Source: an uncultured virus (IMG/VR IMGVR_UViG_3300033144_003013) (Duplodnaviria; Heunggongvirae; Uroviricota; Caudoviricetes). Taken from it: 64,000 bases of DNA. Positions 61,834-64,000 of this stretch are shown piece by piece; the stretch's first letter is position 1; every line of letters begins with the position of its first letter. Where the stretch lies: the IMG/VR virus record IMGVR_UViG_3300033144_003013; one strand, written 5' to 3'. The position numbers were made by a program, and so were the translations under genes. The notes beneath the pieces are model-generated. The model saw only the letters and a program-made list of their open reading frames with translations, ran no database searches and was not told the origin of the DNA.

Positions 61834-62738
61834 TAAAATTTAATAGCCCTGTATACCCTATACCTCCATCATTTGATGAAGAGGAAAAATTAGAACTAAT
61901 GTCAACAATTAGTTACTTAAATTATATAAAAACAAACGGAGGTAAAATCGTAATGACGACTGCTGGAACTTCTCAGTATAACTTACTTAAGATTGAAGAA
62001 GTTAGGTCATTAAACTTGTGTGTGATTAATAACTTTGACGGTGAGAAAATATTAGGTCTTCCTCCTCTTAGTCTTAAACACATTAAAGAAGAAATAGAAT
62101 TAATGAATACATTATGTGCTTCAGAAGACCCTAAGAAAATATCTTTACTAATATTATTTCCTGAGAGGTATTATGATGATGAACAGATTGTTGAGTATTT
62201 TGAAGAAATATGTAGAGTAAGTAAATTCAATATTTTAGTACATGGAAATCTATTAAGAAAAGGTATGGGAGGAACATATGAATACAGTAAACCACTATTA
62301 GAAAAACTGAGTAATATTGAAGGATTTATAGGTATGAAGGAAGAGGCATCAAACCTTATGCATTCAACTACTAATTTACCAAAAGATAATTTTGAGGTTA
62401 TAGTTGCGGGTGGTAGTATGAAAAGATTTTGGGGATTATGTCCTCATGGGGCAACCACATACCTGACAGGTGTAGGTTCGTTTTTCCCTAAATTAGAAGA
62501 ATCATTTTTTTCAAATTACAAGAATCATAACATAAATGAATGTTTATCAATTATCAATAAAATTGAAACTCCCCTATTTGAAACTTTTATGTCATCAGGG
62601 TGGCACCTATCTATGAGAACCGCATTAAAAGAGTTGGGTTTCATTAATAGTGATAGAAAACCATTTAAACAACCTACTAAAGAAACTAAAGAAAAAATTA
62701 TAAACACACTTAATAAAATTAAAAAATATGAAGAATAA
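61830..62738 (+). CDS. DHDPS / N-acetylneuraminate lyase family class I aldolase
   Basis: TAGTSQ and the Schiff-base Lys in IGMKEE; length fits a TIM barrel. Confidence 0.75.
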   Translation: MIKFNSPVYPIPPSFDEEEKLELMSTISYLNYIKTNGGKIVMTTAGTSQYNLLKIEEVRSLNLCVINNFDGEKILGLPPLSLKHIKEEIELMNTLCASEDPKKISLLILFPERYYDDEQIVEYFEEICRVSKFNILVHGNLLRKGMGGTYEYSKPLLEKLSNIEGFIGMKEEASNLMHSTTNLPKDNFEVIVAGGSMKRFWGLCPHGATTYLTGVGSFFPKLEESFFSNYKNHNINECLSIINKIETPLFETFMSSGWHLSMRTALKELGFINSDRKPFKQPTKETKEKIINTLNKIKKYEE

Positions 62739-63480
62739 TAAAACATATATTATAGGACCATGTAGTCTTGAGACCTATGAGTTATCACATGAGGTCCTTT
62801 CCAAAGTGTATCCAGTTGTAAAAGATAAAGATTTTTATTTTAAAGGTTCATTCGATAAAGCCAATAGAAGTTCAATCACAGGTAAAAGAGGTCCTGGTTT
62901 AGAAGAAGGGATTGAAATATTTAAACAATTAAAAAAGGACTTTCCTAATGTCAGAGTTACAACTGATGTTCATGAAGTCGCACAAGTAGAAAAACTATCA
63001 GATGTCGTAGATGTAATTCAAATACCGGCCTTTCTATGTAGACAAACAGATTTGTTAGTAGAATGTGCTAGATTCTTTGATATTGTAAACATAAAAAAGG
63101 GTCAATGGATGAATCCTCAAAATATGGTTAAAGGTATTGATAAGATAAAAGAAACTAACCCTAAGGCTCAAGCTTGGATGACTGAAAGAGGAAGTGCGTT
63201 TGGTTACTCTCAATTTATTGTAGACTTTTCAAGTGTGGATTATCTTAAAGAACATTTCGATAAAGTTATTTTTGATGTTACTCACTCAGCTCAATTACCT
63301 AAACCAAATGGTAGAATGGGAGGAAATCCTACGTTAGCCGCGAGATACTTCAAAACAGTAGATATATTTAACTACGATGGGGTTTTTGCTGAAGCACATC
63401 CTAACCCACCATTATCATATTCGGATGCGGATTCAGTATTACCAATAAATGAAATGGTGGATTTATTAAAACAAGAATAA
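62728..63480 (+). CDS. kdsA: KDO-8-phosphate synthase
   Basis: GPCS, KGSFDKANRSS, TTDVHE, QIPAFLCRQTDL, KKGQ, ERG, DVTHS, EAHP and SD. Confidence 0.93.
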   Translation: MKNNKTYIIGPCSLETYELSHEVLSKVYPVVKDKDFYFKGSFDKANRSSITGKRGPGLEEGIEIFKQLKKDFPNVRVTTDVHEVAQVEKLSDVVDVIQIPAFLCRQTDLLVECARFFDIVNIKKGQWMNPQNMVKGIDKIKETNPKAQAWMTERGSAFGYSQFIVDFSSVDYLKEHFDKVIFDVTHSAQLPKPNGRMGGNPTLAARYFKTVDIFNYDGVFAEAHPNPPLSYSDADSVLPINEMVDLLKQE

Positions 63481-63483
63481 ACT

Positions 63484-64000
63484 ATGTTTAAAGTTTTAAC
63501 AGAAAAAACAGACATTAAAAAAATGTCAAATACCCTAAATGAGGAAGGAGTCTTTATTGTGGAAAATTTTGTAACGGGTGATGATTTGCAAAAATTACAC
63601 GATGAGGTACTTAACCTATGTAAGAAAAATGGGGGTAACTATGAATTTGGCAAAAATTATCGTGGACCATCTTTAAAACAATTCAAAGATAATAGTTACG
63701 TTAAAAAAGTCTTTAATAGTAAATGGTTAAAACAATTAGATAAAGAATATCGTAAAACGGATAAAGGATATTCGAGCGCAATTTACGCGACGTGGGATTA
63801 TAAAAATGATAAAGGATTGGCAAGAAACGGATGGTTACATTTCGATAGAGAAAATTGCCTAAAATATTTTATATATTTAACTGATATAGATAAAACTAAT
63901 GGAGCGTTAAATTTATCCCCGAAATCAAGAAAAAAGGGGGAAGAACTTAGAAAGTCTGCATGGAATAAAAATAAAAATTACGGGTCTGTTCTTAATAGAA
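63484..64000 (+). CDS. Phytanoyl-CoA dioxygenase-like 2OG-Fe(II) oxygenase, truncated at the window edge
   Basis: MFKVLTEK…LNEEGVFIVENFV…GWLHFD…YFIYLTDIDKTNGAL; open to the end of the window. Confidence 0.75.
   Translation, partial: MFKVLTEKTDIKKMSNTLNEEGVFIVENFVTGDDLQKLHDEVLNLCKKNGGNYEFGKNYRGPSLKQFKDNSYVKKVFNSKWLKQLDKEYRKTDKGYSSAIYATWDYKNDKGLARNGWLHFDRENCLKYFIYLTDIDKTNGALNLSPKSRKKGEELRKSAWNKNKNYGSVLNR

Noticed and set aside
7651..62746. Many 60-130 aa track ORFs antisense or out of frame to long genes
   Set aside because: They overlap well-supported genes and show no recognisable motifs.
1..64000. Stop-codon reassignment, as seen in some jumbo phages
   Set aside because: Genes are full length under the standard code, and both TAG (46158) and TGA (30221) terminate genes.

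Overview
AT-rich, gene-dense segment of a large T4-like (contractile-tailed, probably jumbo) bacteriophage, using the standard genetic code. It interleaves virion morphogenesis genes (baseplate wedge and hub, tube, sheath, tape measure, neck) with replication genes (family-B DNA polymerase, DnaB-type helicase, RecA/UvsX, gp32-type SSB, 5'-3' exonuclease, SNF2 helicase). It also carries a class Id ribonucleotide reductase with an ATP-cone on the beta subunit. The class Id RNR and the A/T-rich start contexts without obvious Shine-Dalgarno sites suggest a Bacteroidota host (inference). The most notable signals are: (1) a glycan operon with KdsA, HAD phosphatases, a DHDPS/NanA-family aldolase and a GT29 sialyltransferase-like gene, near a mucin-like Thr/Pro-rich fibre gene; (2) that fibre/metalloprotease gene split across three overlapping frames, with a -1 slippery heptamer at one junction; (3) a Mn-SOD fused to a PD-(D/E)xK-like domain; (4) a recurring TATTTAT upstream motif, the reverse complement of the T4 late-promoter core; (5) apparent avoidance of GATC. 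No tRNA, rRNA, CRISPR array or mobile element was recognised. All protein calls rest on motif recognition by eye, not database searches.
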